From positions 7,629-71,628 of the forward strand of contig SYFT01000034.1 in assembly GCA_005799825.1 (NCBI GenBank): a stretch of DNA of 64,000 nt, read 5' to 3'. A model generated the notes under the pieces. That model was given only the letters and a program-made list of their open reading frames with translations. It was not told where the DNA came from and searched no databases. Below are positions 1 through 7,547 of this stretch, piece by piece (position 1 is the stretch's first letter; each line of letters begins with the position of its first letter). The stretch is from Acidobacteriota bacterium (GTDB lineage: Bacteria > Acidobacteriota > Vicinamibacteria > Vicinamibacterales > SCN-69-37). The translations under genes and the position numbers were made by a program.

Positions 1-364
1 GCATTTCCTGCGGGGCATCGCTGCCGGTCATGGGGTTGATCATCCACGCTCTGGCGCCGTCGAACAGGTTCACGATCCTCACGGCCGGCTGACCCGGGAG
101 CCCGATCGTCAGCTCCTTGCGGGACAGGTTCGGTCGCTTGGCATAGGCCGTCATCGGCAGTTCGAAGCCCTGCGCCAGCGCCACGCCGGTCATGGTCTGG
201 CTCTGGATGGTCTTCCACTTCTCGGCGCCGCCCTTCGTCGCCAGGTGCTTCGTGACGATCTCGTCCACCGTCAGCGCCGCCGCAGACGTCTGCGCCGCAG
301 CCCCCGACACCAGTGCCACCATCAATGCCAGCGTCGTGAGTGCGGTCACTGTCCGTTTTCGCAT
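1..364 (-). CDS. secreted hypothetical protein, N-terminal part only (gene continues beyond window start)
   Basis: Absent from the ORF track because it is open at the window edge. Reverse-strand ATG at 362-364 has GAGGGAG about 8 nt upstream. Translation MRKRTVTALTTLALMVALVSGAAAQTSAAALTVDEIVTKHLATKGGAEKWKTIQ... shows a signal peptide followed by a soluble domain. Confidence 0.6.
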   Translation of the reverse strand, partial: MRKRTVTALTTLALMVALVSGAAAQTSAAALTVDEIVTKHLATKGGAEKWKTIQSQTMTGVALAQGFELPMTAYAKRPNLSRKELTIGLPGQPAVRIVNLFDGARAWMINPMTGSDAPQEM

Positions 365-413
365 GCCCAAATCTCCCTCACGCAGTGTACGACCAAGGCA
401 TTACTATTTCCAC

Positions 414-1778
414 ATGAAGAAAATGTTTCGGGCAATCGGAGCGGGCACGAGTGTCTTCGCGCTGACTTTGGTCACGAGTGCCCAGCAGGGGCCGCGGCTC
501 GGCTCGGACTGGCCTTCGTTCCGAGGCATACAAGGCGCGGGTGTAGCCGATGGCCAGCCGACAGCGATGACATGGGATGTGCCGCAAGGCAAGCGACTGC
601 GCTGGAAAACGCCGATTTCCGGCCTCGGTTATTCGAGCCCGGTCATCTGGGGCGATCAGCTGTGCGTGACAACCGCGAAGTCGGGCAAGGCCGACGCCGG
701 CCTGCGCCTTGGCCTTTACGGCGACATCGCCTCGGTGACCGACGACACCTCGCATGTCTGGCTGCTGACGTGTATGGAGAAGAACACCGGCACGGTGCTG
801 TTCGAAGTAAAGATGCACGAGGGTGTGCCGCAGATCAAACGACACACCAAGTCAACGCATGCCAATTCCACGCTCGCCACCGACGGCATGCATATCGTGG
901 CGATGCTCGGGTCCGAAGGGCTGTTTGCCTTCGACATGAAGGGCAAGCAGTTGTGGAAGGTGGACCTGGGCGTACTCGACTCTGGATTCTTTATGGTGCC
1001 GGCTGCGCAGTGGGAGTTCGGCAGCTCGCCGGTCATCCACGATGGAAAGATCATCCTGCAAGTGGACGTACAGAAGAGGTCGTTCCTTGGGGCGTTTGAC
1101 GTGAAGACCGGTAGGGAGTTGTGGCGCACGAATCGGCAGGATGTGCCGACGTGGAGCACGCCGACTGTGCATGTGGTGGGCGGCCGCCCGCAGGTGCTGG
1201 TGAATGGCTGGCGGCACATGGGCGCCTATGACTTTGCGACGGGCGAGGAAATCTGGCGGCTCAAGAGTGTGGGTGGAGACATTCCCGTGCCGACGCCAGT
1301 TGTGGGCCACGGCATGGTGTATCTGACAAGTGCGCACGGACCAGGCGCGCCCGTGTTTGCGATCCGCGAGACTGCCAGGGGTGATGTGACGCTTGCGCCT
1401 GAGACCACGAGCAACGCGCATATCGTGTGGAGTTATCCGCGCGACGGCTCGTACATGATGTCGCCCGTGTTGTATCGAGGCCTCCTGTACGTCTCAAAGA
1501 ACAATGGCGTATTCGCCGTGTTTGATGCCTCGACCGGCGAGAAGGTGTATCAGCAGCGGCTTGGCGACGGCACCACGGGGTTCACGGCGTCGCTTGTGGC
1601 TGCCGACGGCAAGGTGTACTTCACAAGCGAAGACGGCGATGTCTTTGTGGTGAAGGCCGGCCGCGAGTTCGAACTGCTGGCCAAGAATCCGCTGGGAGAT
1701 TACGCGATGGCGACGCCGGCGATTTCGGAAGGCACGCTCTACTTCCGGACCGGCGCAGCGGTGATCGCGGTCAAATAG
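414..1778 (+). CDS. PQQ-like/BamB-type beta-propeller repeat protein, secreted
   Basis: Inner part of ORF 192..1778. ATG 414 gives signal peptide MKKMFRAIGAGTSVFALTLVTSAQQ. Blade motifs recur (AFDMKGKQLWK, AFDVKTGRELWR, AYDFATGEEIWR, VFDASTGEKVYQ). Paralogous to the decayed gene at 22413-24216. Confidence 0.85.
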   Translation: MKKMFRAIGAGTSVFALTLVTSAQQGPRLGSDWPSFRGIQGAGVADGQPTAMTWDVPQGKRLRWKTPISGLGYSSPVIWGDQLCVTTAKSGKADAGLRLGLYGDIASVTDDTSHVWLLTCMEKNTGTVLFEVKMHEGVPQIKRHTKSTHANSTLATDGMHIVAMLGSEGLFAFDMKGKQLWKVDLGVLDSGFFMVPAAQWEFGSSPVIHDGKIILQVDVQKRSFLGAFDVKTGRELWRTNRQDVPTWSTPTVHVVGGRPQVLVNGWRHMGAYDFATGEEIWRLKSVGGDIPVPTPVVGHGMVYLTSAHGPGAPVFAIRETARGDVTLAPETTSNAHIVWSYPRDGSYMMSPVLYRGLLYVSKNNGVFAVFDASTGEKVYQQRLGDGTTGFTASLVAADGKVYFTSEDGDVFVVKAGREFELLAKNPLGDYAMATPAISEGTLYFRTGAAVIAVK

Positions 1779-1966
1779 TCCAGGGCTTGCCCGCCCTAGC
1801 GCGCGCTGGTTCTCAGGCGCGCGGCTCTGGTGACGGAATGTTGCGTACGCTCAGGCGCTCGGATGTACGCAGTTGTTGCAATATCCCGCAGCGGACTTCT
1901 AATTCAACGCCGAAATCCTGCTGGCCCGATTCCTGAATGGTCACCCTCCCATTGGAGGGCGAACAG

Positions 1967-2410
1967 ATGGGACATGTAATGAGGCGAGTAGGAACGGGAC
2001 TATGGGCGTTATTGGCCATGGTTGTGGTTGCGGGCGTGGCGTTGGTGGGATGGGCGCGACTCGATGCGCAGGACCCGGTAGTGACGGGGCAGGTCATGCC
2101 ATTCGTGCAGTTCCTGCCGTTGCAGGAGCGCGGTAGCGTGTTGGTAGTGGACGTCCGCGATATCGACAGCTTCGATCGCGGTCATATTCCTGGCGCCATG
2201 CATGTGCCTGTGCGCGAGGTGGAGGTGCGGGTCACTGAAGTCAGGCGCGCGGCCAAAGGCCGTCCTGTGGTGACCTACTGCTCGTGTCCGTCTGAGGCCA
2301 CCAGTCTTGCGGCGGTGCGCGTCCTCACTGACGCCGGTGTCAACGCGAGTGCGCTGGTGGGTGGGTTCCCGAGATGGGTGGAGTTCGGCGGCGCCGTCGA
2401 ACGGCGTTAG
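1967..2410 (+). CDS. rhodanese-like domain protein with N-terminal membrane anchor or signal
   Basis: ORF 1937..2410. ATG 1967 sits 7 nt after GGAGGG (1954-1959). Rhodanese-type segments are VVDVRDIDSFDRGHIPGAMHVP and VVTYCSCPSEATS (Cys loop). Confidence 0.8.
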   Translation: MGHVMRRVGTGLWALLAMVVVAGVALVGWARLDAQDPVVTGQVMPFVQFLPLQERGSVLVVDVRDIDSFDRGHIPGAMHVPVREVEVRVTEVRRAAKGRPVVTYCSCPSEATSLAAVRVLTDAGVNASALVGGFPRWVEFGGAVERR

Positions 2411-3157
2411 CTACCGCCCGACCTGCAGTTCGGCTTCGGCCTTCAGGAACGCCTGATACTCGGCCTCGGATTCCACGGTGATGACCGCGCGCATGCGGTA
2501 GTGGCCCAGACCGCAGAGCTGGGAGCATGCAATATCAAACTGACCCGCCATCGTCGGTGTGAACCACACGGGTGAGAGCAGGCCGGGCGTGGCGTCCTGT
2601 TTTATGCGCATGGCGGGTATGCCGAAGCTGTGGATCATATCTTTGCTCGAGAGCTGGATAACCACTGGCTGGTTGATGGGCAGATGGAGGTCGTCGAGCG
2701 TCAACAGGTCGTCGGCGCCGTGCGCCGACGACCTGTCGAGGCCCACCGGGTTGGTCGGCGAGACCAGGCTGAGCCTGGTCTCGCCGAATCGGCCGTCGGC
2801 GCCTGGATAGTGGATGTTCCAGGCGAACTGCTCCGCCACCACGCGCACCGCGACCGCCGACGGGTCGGCGGTCGCGGGCGCGGTCGTCTGGCGGTACCAC
2901 ACCGGCAGGGCGATCACGACCAGCAGCACGCCTTCGGCCATCACCACGCCGATCTCGGTCCACTGCGCTGGCCGGCGGGGCGGGCCTTCCGCGAGGGGTG
3001 CCGGCTGGCGCCCCTCGCGGAATCGCACCAGCATCCAGACGAAGTACACGCCCCACCCCACAAACAACACCAGCATCAGCCAGTGCACCAGCGTCAGCAC
3101 CAGGTCGATCTCGCCTGCGTGCGCCGAGGCCTGCGGGGGCAGCCACCGTTCAATCAC
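2411..3157 (-). CDS. coxB: cytochrome c oxidase subunit II (CuA subunit, no fused cytochrome c)
   Basis: ORF 2411..3157. Two N-terminal TM helices are followed by a cupredoxin domain with the complete CuA ligand pattern H-x34-C-x-Q-x-C-x3-H-x2-M (HSFGIP...IACSQLCGLGHYRM). Confidence 0.92.
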   Translation of the reverse strand: MIERWLPPQASAHAGEIDLVLTLVHWLMLVLFVGWGVYFVWMLVRFREGRQPAPLAEGPPRRPAQWTEIGVVMAEGVLLVVIALPVWYRQTTAPATADPSAVAVRVVAEQFAWNIHYPGADGRFGETRLSLVSPTNPVGLDRSSAHGADDLLTLDDLHLPINQPVVIQLSSKDMIHSFGIPAMRIKQDATPGLLSPVWFTPTMAGQFDIACSQLCGLGHYRMRAVITVESEAEYQAFLKAEAELQVGR

Positions 3158-3380
3158 GGACCACCCCCACGCACGGCCGCTTCTCCCGGTTCAGCTCACC
3201 CTCGCGCTTGGCAAACAACACGACGAATCGGGCGAACGCACCGAGCACGACAGTTGTCACCCCCACGAGCACCAGCACCGCCGCCCGCACGCCGTCGGTG
3301 GTGGCGTTTTCCTTCACCTGGAAACACACAGGACACGCGAGCGCCGTCGTCGTGGCCCCCAAAACCCCCGCCACAACCAT
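3150..3380 (-). CDS. small membrane protein of the cox operon (76 aa, CPVC motif)
   Basis: Distal part of ORF 3150..3494. The first 38 codons of that ORF are only the palindromic repeat read as protein, so the start is moved to ATG 3378-3380. Hydrophobic N-terminus, CPVC, and a clear TM segment VRAAVLVLVGVTTVVLGAFARFVVLF. It overlaps the coxB start by 8 nt. Function unknown. Confidence 0.5.
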   Translation of the reverse strand: MVVAGVLGATTTALACPVCFQVKENATTDGVRAAVLVLVGVTTVVLGAFARFVVLFAKREGELNREKRPCVGVVRD

Positions 3381-3385
3381 GCCAA

Positions 3386-3440
3386 CCCAAAAGACGTCGG
3401 GTGTCTTTTTTTCCGAAAAAGACACCCGACGTCTTTTGGG
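3386..3440. repeat. nested palindromic repeat, copy A (25-nt perfect arms, 5-nt spacer); probable hairpin/terminator-type element inside the cox operon
   Basis: The left arm cccaaaagacgtcgggtgtcttttt (3386-3410) is the exact reverse complement of aaaaagacacccgacgtcttttggg (3416-3440). Each arm is itself a 7-bp-stem hairpin (AAAAGAC gtcgggt GTCTTTT). Related copies lie at 12007-12029, 47388-47452 and 60705-60780. Confidence 0.9.
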
Positions 3441-3457
3441 GCGCTCGGTATTGCAGG

Positions 3458-5668
3458 TCATGAAAGGTACAGCCCCGCGAAGATGATCAGCCACACGAGG
3501 TCGACAAAGACCCAGTAGCGCCCCAGCACCTTCAGCCGGCCCGCAGTCATGATCTCGTCGGCCGACCTTGCACCCACGATCACCCAGAGGTTCGCCAGCA
3601 GCCCGCCGAACACGTGCGCGGCGTGAATGCCGGTCAGCGTGTAAGACATCGCCATGAACGTGCTCGTCGCCGGCACGAGCCCGGTCCGCAACTCCGCACT
3701 ATATTCAAGACCCTTGATGACGAGAAACAGCACCCCGAGCGCGGACGCGACTAGCAGCCTTCCCCGCGCTGCGTCCGGCCGGCTACGCCCTGCCCGCCAG
3801 GCCACGGCGGTGAGCAGCATCAACACCATCGTGTTCGTCAGTCCGAGCTGAGTGTTGAGCAGAGTATCGCCGTCCGGCCAGTCCGTCGCCGCCACCCGCA
3901 ACAACGCGTACGACGAGAACAACGCGCCGAACAACATCACCTCGGACGCAATAAACAGCCAGAACCCCAGGTTTCCACTGCTGACGCCTGTGTCGAATCG
4001 AGCAAGATAGGGGGATGGGTGTCGACCTGTTGAAAACGCCGGGGTAGGTGGATCGAGGTACACAGGGGGACGGGTGTCGATCTGTGGAAAACTCTGGGGC
4101 AGGTGATTCTCCGATCTGCCCAGAGGTTTCCACAGATCGACACCCGTCTCCCTTTTGGGCACCGCCTTCGGCTTCCGAAGCGTCAGCACGAGGTTGACGA
4201 TGAAGAACAGCTGCACCAAGCCCAGCGCCACGGCCGCCCACGCCTGGAGCTCGTAGCTGAATTCAAATCCGGCGCTGTGGCTGTACGTCCGGCCGCCATC
4301 GAATAACCGCCGATTGAGCCCAGCCAGGCCCTGCGCGAACATCGGCATGAAGATCACGTTCATCGCCACAAGCGATCCCCAGAAGTGCCATCGACCCAGG
4401 CGCTCGTTGAGCATCCGACCCGTGACCCGCGGGAACCAATGGTAAATCCCAGCAAACAGCGCGAACAACGTGCCCGGCGCCACCAGGTAATGGAAATGGC
4501 CGATGACGTAATACGTGTCATGCAGTGGAATGTCTGACGCCGCCAGCCCCAGAGGAAGCCCCGTCAGCCCGCCAATGCCGAACATCGGCAGGAACGCGAG
4601 CGCGAACATCGAGGGCACTGTGAACGTGATCGAACCCCCGTGCAACGACAGCACCAAGGACGTTAGGATGATCACCGACGGCACCGAAATGATCATGGTC
4701 GTTACCTGGAAGAAGCCGCTCATCGTGGGACCCATGCCCGTGAGGAACATGTGATGCGCCCACACCAGAAACGACATCGATCCCATAAATAGCGAGGCGA
4801 ACACCATGCCGCGGTATCCCCACAGGGGCTTGCGGGTGCTCGTGGCGATGACTTCGGCGACGATGCCAAACGCCGGCAGTACCAAGACGTAGACCTCGGG
4901 GTGCGCGAGGAACCAGAACAGGTGCTGCCAGAGAATCGGGCTTCCGCCCCCACTGACCTCTACAATTCGTCCCGACACGACCAGTCCGCTGGGCAGGAAG
5001 AAGCTGGTGCTCGCCAGACGGTCCATCAACTGGAGGATAGAGGCGGCCTGCAACGGCGGAAACGCCAGCAACAGCAGGAATGCCGTGACCAGCTGCGACC
5101 AGATAAAAAATGGCAGCTTCATCATGGTCAGCTCCGGCGCGCGCAGCTGCAGGATAGTCACGATGATGTTGATCGAGCCGAAGAGTGACGAGACGATCAG
5201 CACGAACATGGCGACGAGCCAGGCCGTCTGTCCCGAAGTGGCGAAGATCGCAAGGGGTGGGTAGGCCGTCCAGCCCGAACTGGCCGCCCCGCCGGGCAGG
5301 AAGAAGCTGGCGAGCATCACCAGACCCGCCGCCAGGTAGAGCCAGTAGCTCCACATATTGAGGCGCGGAAACGCCATATCCGGTGCGCCGATCATGAGCG
5401 GCACCAGGTAGTTTCCGAATCCGCCCACCGCCAGCGGCACCACGGCCAGAAAGACCATGATCGTGCCGTGCATGGCCCCGAGCTGGTTGTAGAACTCGGG
5501 CAGCATCAGGCCGGCTTCGGGCCAGGCGAGTTGCCAGCGCACAAAAACGATGAGGAGGAAGCCCAGCAGCAGGAACGTCAGGCTCGTCAGGGCGTACTGC
5601 ACGCCAACGACCTTGTGATCGGTGGAAAAAATGCGCATTGGCCGCGGTGATTCTATACTGCTCGCCAT
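3458..5668 (-). CDS. ctaD: haem-copper oxidase subunit I fused to a subunit III-like domain
   Basis: ORF 3458..5698 (746 aa). Subunit I motifs are GAPDMAFPRLN, WQHLFWFLAHPEVYVLVLPAFG, WAHHMF and VIGHFHY. The C-terminal ~190 aa resemble subunit III (GFWLFIASEVMLFGALF, GIHAAHVFGG, YWVFVDLVW). The start is ambiguous: GTG 5698, ATG 5668 (GGAG about 9-10 nt upstream, chosen) or ATG 5638. Confidence 0.93.
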   Translation of the reverse strand: MASSIESPRPMRIFSTDHKVVGVQYALTSLTFLLLGFLLIVFVRWQLAWPEAGLMLPEFYNQLGAMHGTIMVFLAVVPLAVGGFGNYLVPLMIGAPDMAFPRLNMWSYWLYLAAGLVMLASFFLPGGAASSGWTAYPPLAIFATSGQTAWLVAMFVLIVSSLFGSINIIVTILQLRAPELTMMKLPFFIWSQLVTAFLLLLAFPPLQAASILQLMDRLASTSFFLPSGLVVSGRIVEVSGGGSPILWQHLFWFLAHPEVYVLVLPAFGIVAEVIATSTRKPLWGYRGMVFASLFMGSMSFLVWAHHMFLTGMGPTMSGFFQVTTMIISVPSVIILTSLVLSLHGGSITFTVPSMFALAFLPMFGIGGLTGLPLGLAASDIPLHDTYYVIGHFHYLVAPGTLFALFAGIYHWFPRVTGRMLNERLGRWHFWGSLVAMNVIFMPMFAQGLAGLNRRLFDGGRTYSHSAGFEFSYELQAWAAVALGLVQLFFIVNLVLTLRKPKAVPKRETGVDLWKPLGRSENHLPQSFPQIDTRPPVYLDPPTPAFSTGRHPSPYLARFDTGVSSGNLGFWLFIASEVMLFGALFSSYALLRVAATDWPDGDTLLNTQLGLTNTMVLMLLTAVAWRAGRSRPDAARGRLLVASALGVLFLVIKGLEYSAELRTGLVPATSTFMAMSYTLTGIHAAHVFGGLLANLWVIVGARSADEIMTAGRLKVLGRYWVFVDLVWLIIFAGLYLS
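3965..4153. repeat. cluster of about 36-nt repeat units inside the coding linker of the subunit I-III fusion
   Basis: Arms 4064-4098 and 4119-4153 are reverse complements (21 perfect bp acgggtgtcgatctgtggaaa, then one mismatch, 7 more bp, and flanking pairs including one G-T). A direct copy at 4009-4044 matches 31 of 36 nt, offset by 55 nt. A weaker inverted copy lies at 3965-3994. Confidence 0.85.
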
Positions 5669-5806
5669 GAGTCTAGCTCCGTCGGAACGCCCGGGCACCC
5701 ATCCCGACGACTCGAACCTGTCGGCTACCTACGCCCTGGTCCTCGTCGTCGAAGTCATCGTGATCCTGGGTCTTTACTGGATCGGCCGTCAGTTTGGGTA
5801 GCGCCC

Positions 5807-7540
5807 ATGCAGTGGATTGATTGGGCCATCGTCGCTGTTTATCTCTTCTGGATCGTCTGGACGGGTCTTCGGATGGGCCGGAAGACCGAAGAACTGGAAA
5901 GTTACTTTCTCGCGAACCGTTCCCTGCCGTGGTGGGCAGTAGGCCTCTCGGTGATGGCCACGCAGTTGTCGGCTATTACGCTGGTCGGCACAACAGGGCA
6001 GGGCTACAACGCCGGCTTGAGTTTCATTCAGTTTTACTTCGGATTGCCACTGGCGATGATCATCCTGTCGCTTACGGTAGTCCCGTTGTTTCGTCGCGCC
6101 AACATCTACACGGCCTACGAATATCTGGAACGTCGCTTCGACAGCAAGACGCGGCTATTCACGTCGCTGCTGTTCCTGTTGTCACGCGCGATGGCTACAG
6201 GTGTGGTCATTGCGGCGCCGTCGGTGATCCTGTCTGTGATCTTTGGATGGAACCTAACCCTGACTATTCTCGCGTTCGGCATTCCGACTATCTTCTACAC
6301 GATGAAGGGCGGCGTGCAGGCCGTCACCTGGGCCGACGTGAAGCAGATGGTGGTCATCGTCGGGGGCCTCAGCGCTGCCGCTGTGGCGCTGATCATGGGA
6401 CTGCCGGACGACGTGACGGTTGGCGCTGCGCTTCGCACGGCGGGCGCTGTCGGCAAGATGCAGGCGCTGGATTTCACGTTCGATACCTCGACCACGTACA
6501 CATTCTGGTCGGGTCTCATTGGCGGTCTGTTTCTGTCGATGTCGTATTTTGGGTGTGACCAGAGTCAGGTGCAGCGTTACCTGACCGCCAAGTCCGTGGA
6601 CGAGGCGCGAGGCTCGCTTCTGATGAGCGCGTTCTGGAAAATTCCGCTCCAGGTGCTCGTGCTGATGGTTGGCGTCTTGATGTTCGTGTTCTTCCTGTTC
6701 AATCAGGGACCGATCCTCTTCAAGAACACCTATCTGCCCGCAGTTCAGTCCAGCACGCGCGCCGCCGAGTACGCGGGCCTCGACCGCGAATACGCCCAGG
6801 CATTCGAGAATCGAAAGCTGGCCGCGAGAGCCATGGCGGCCGCCCAAGCGGACGGCGCTCCGGCTGGGGCCGCGAGCTTCGCGCGCAGCGAGTTTGTCCG
6901 CAACGACACCGCTGTTCGCGAGGTGCGCGCCAAGGCCACGGCGCTTGTAAAAGACGTCACGGGTGACCCTGACTACAACGACACGAATTACGTCTTTCCA
7001 ACATTCGTCACCGAGCACCTGCCGGTGGGCTTGGTGGGCCTGATCATCGCCGCGATCTTTGCTGCAGCCATGTCCACCATTGCGGCCGAACTCAGTTCGC
7101 TCGCGACATCATCAGTCATCGACATTTATCGCCGGCATCTGAAGCCCGAGGCCGATGACGCACACTATGTGACGGTCTCGAAATGGGCCACGCTCTTTTG
7201 GGGATTGTTTGCCTGCTTTGTTGCGACCTTTGCCGCCGAGATGGGATCGCTCATTGAGGCAGTTAACGTACTCGGGTCATATTTTTACGGATCAATTCTC
7301 GGCGTGTTTATCCTCGCGCTTGGTGTGAAACGCGCGAACGGTGATGGTGCGTTTGTTGGACTGATCGCCGGTATGTCAGCGGTTTGGTGGGTGGACCAGC
7401 ACACCGCCACGGTCTACCTGTGGCTCAACGTCGTTGGCGCGGTGGTTGTGACAGTGGTTGGCACGATTGTGTCACTGCTCACCGGCGGTGCGACAGCTGG
7501 GCCCGATGCCGGCAAGTCGGCGGCCACCCGAGCGGCGTAG
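5807..7540 (+). CDS. sodium:solute symporter (SSS/SLC5) family transporter
   Basis: ORF 5807..7540 (577 aa) has many hydrophobic segments. The N-terminal NRSLPWWAVGLSVMATQLSAITLVGTTGQGY region is typical of the SSS family. A soluble Ala-rich loop lies mid-protein. Confidence 0.85.
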   Translation: MQWIDWAIVAVYLFWIVWTGLRMGRKTEELESYFLANRSLPWWAVGLSVMATQLSAITLVGTTGQGYNAGLSFIQFYFGLPLAMIILSLTVVPLFRRANIYTAYEYLERRFDSKTRLFTSLLFLLSRAMATGVVIAAPSVILSVIFGWNLTLTILAFGIPTIFYTMKGGVQAVTWADVKQMVVIVGGLSAAAVALIMGLPDDVTVGAALRTAGAVGKMQALDFTFDTSTTYTFWSGLIGGLFLSMSYFGCDQSQVQRYLTAKSVDEARGSLLMSAFWKIPLQVLVLMVGVLMFVFFLFNQGPILFKNTYLPAVQSSTRAAEYAGLDREYAQAFENRKLAARAMAAAQADGAPAGAASFARSEFVRNDTAVREVRAKATALVKDVTGDPDYNDTNYVFPTFVTEHLPVGLVGLIIAAIFAAAMSTIAAELSSLATSSVIDIYRRHLKPEADDAHYVTVSKWATLFWGLFACFVATFAAEMGSLIEAVNVLGSYFYGSILGVFILALGVKRANGDGAFVGLIAGMSAVWWVDQHTATVYLWLNVVGAVVVTVVGTIVSLLTGGATAGPDAGKSAATRAA

Positions 7541-7547
7541 GCTCAGC

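Noticed and set aside
2559-2600. Gln instead of Glu in the CuA motif (CSQLCG) as a sign of a defective subunit II
   Set aside because: All copper ligands (2 Cys, 2 His, Met) are present with canonical spacing. The residue at this position ligates through its backbone carbonyl. From memory, Gln occurs naturally in ba3-type oxidases, so this is likely a subtype feature rather than a defect.
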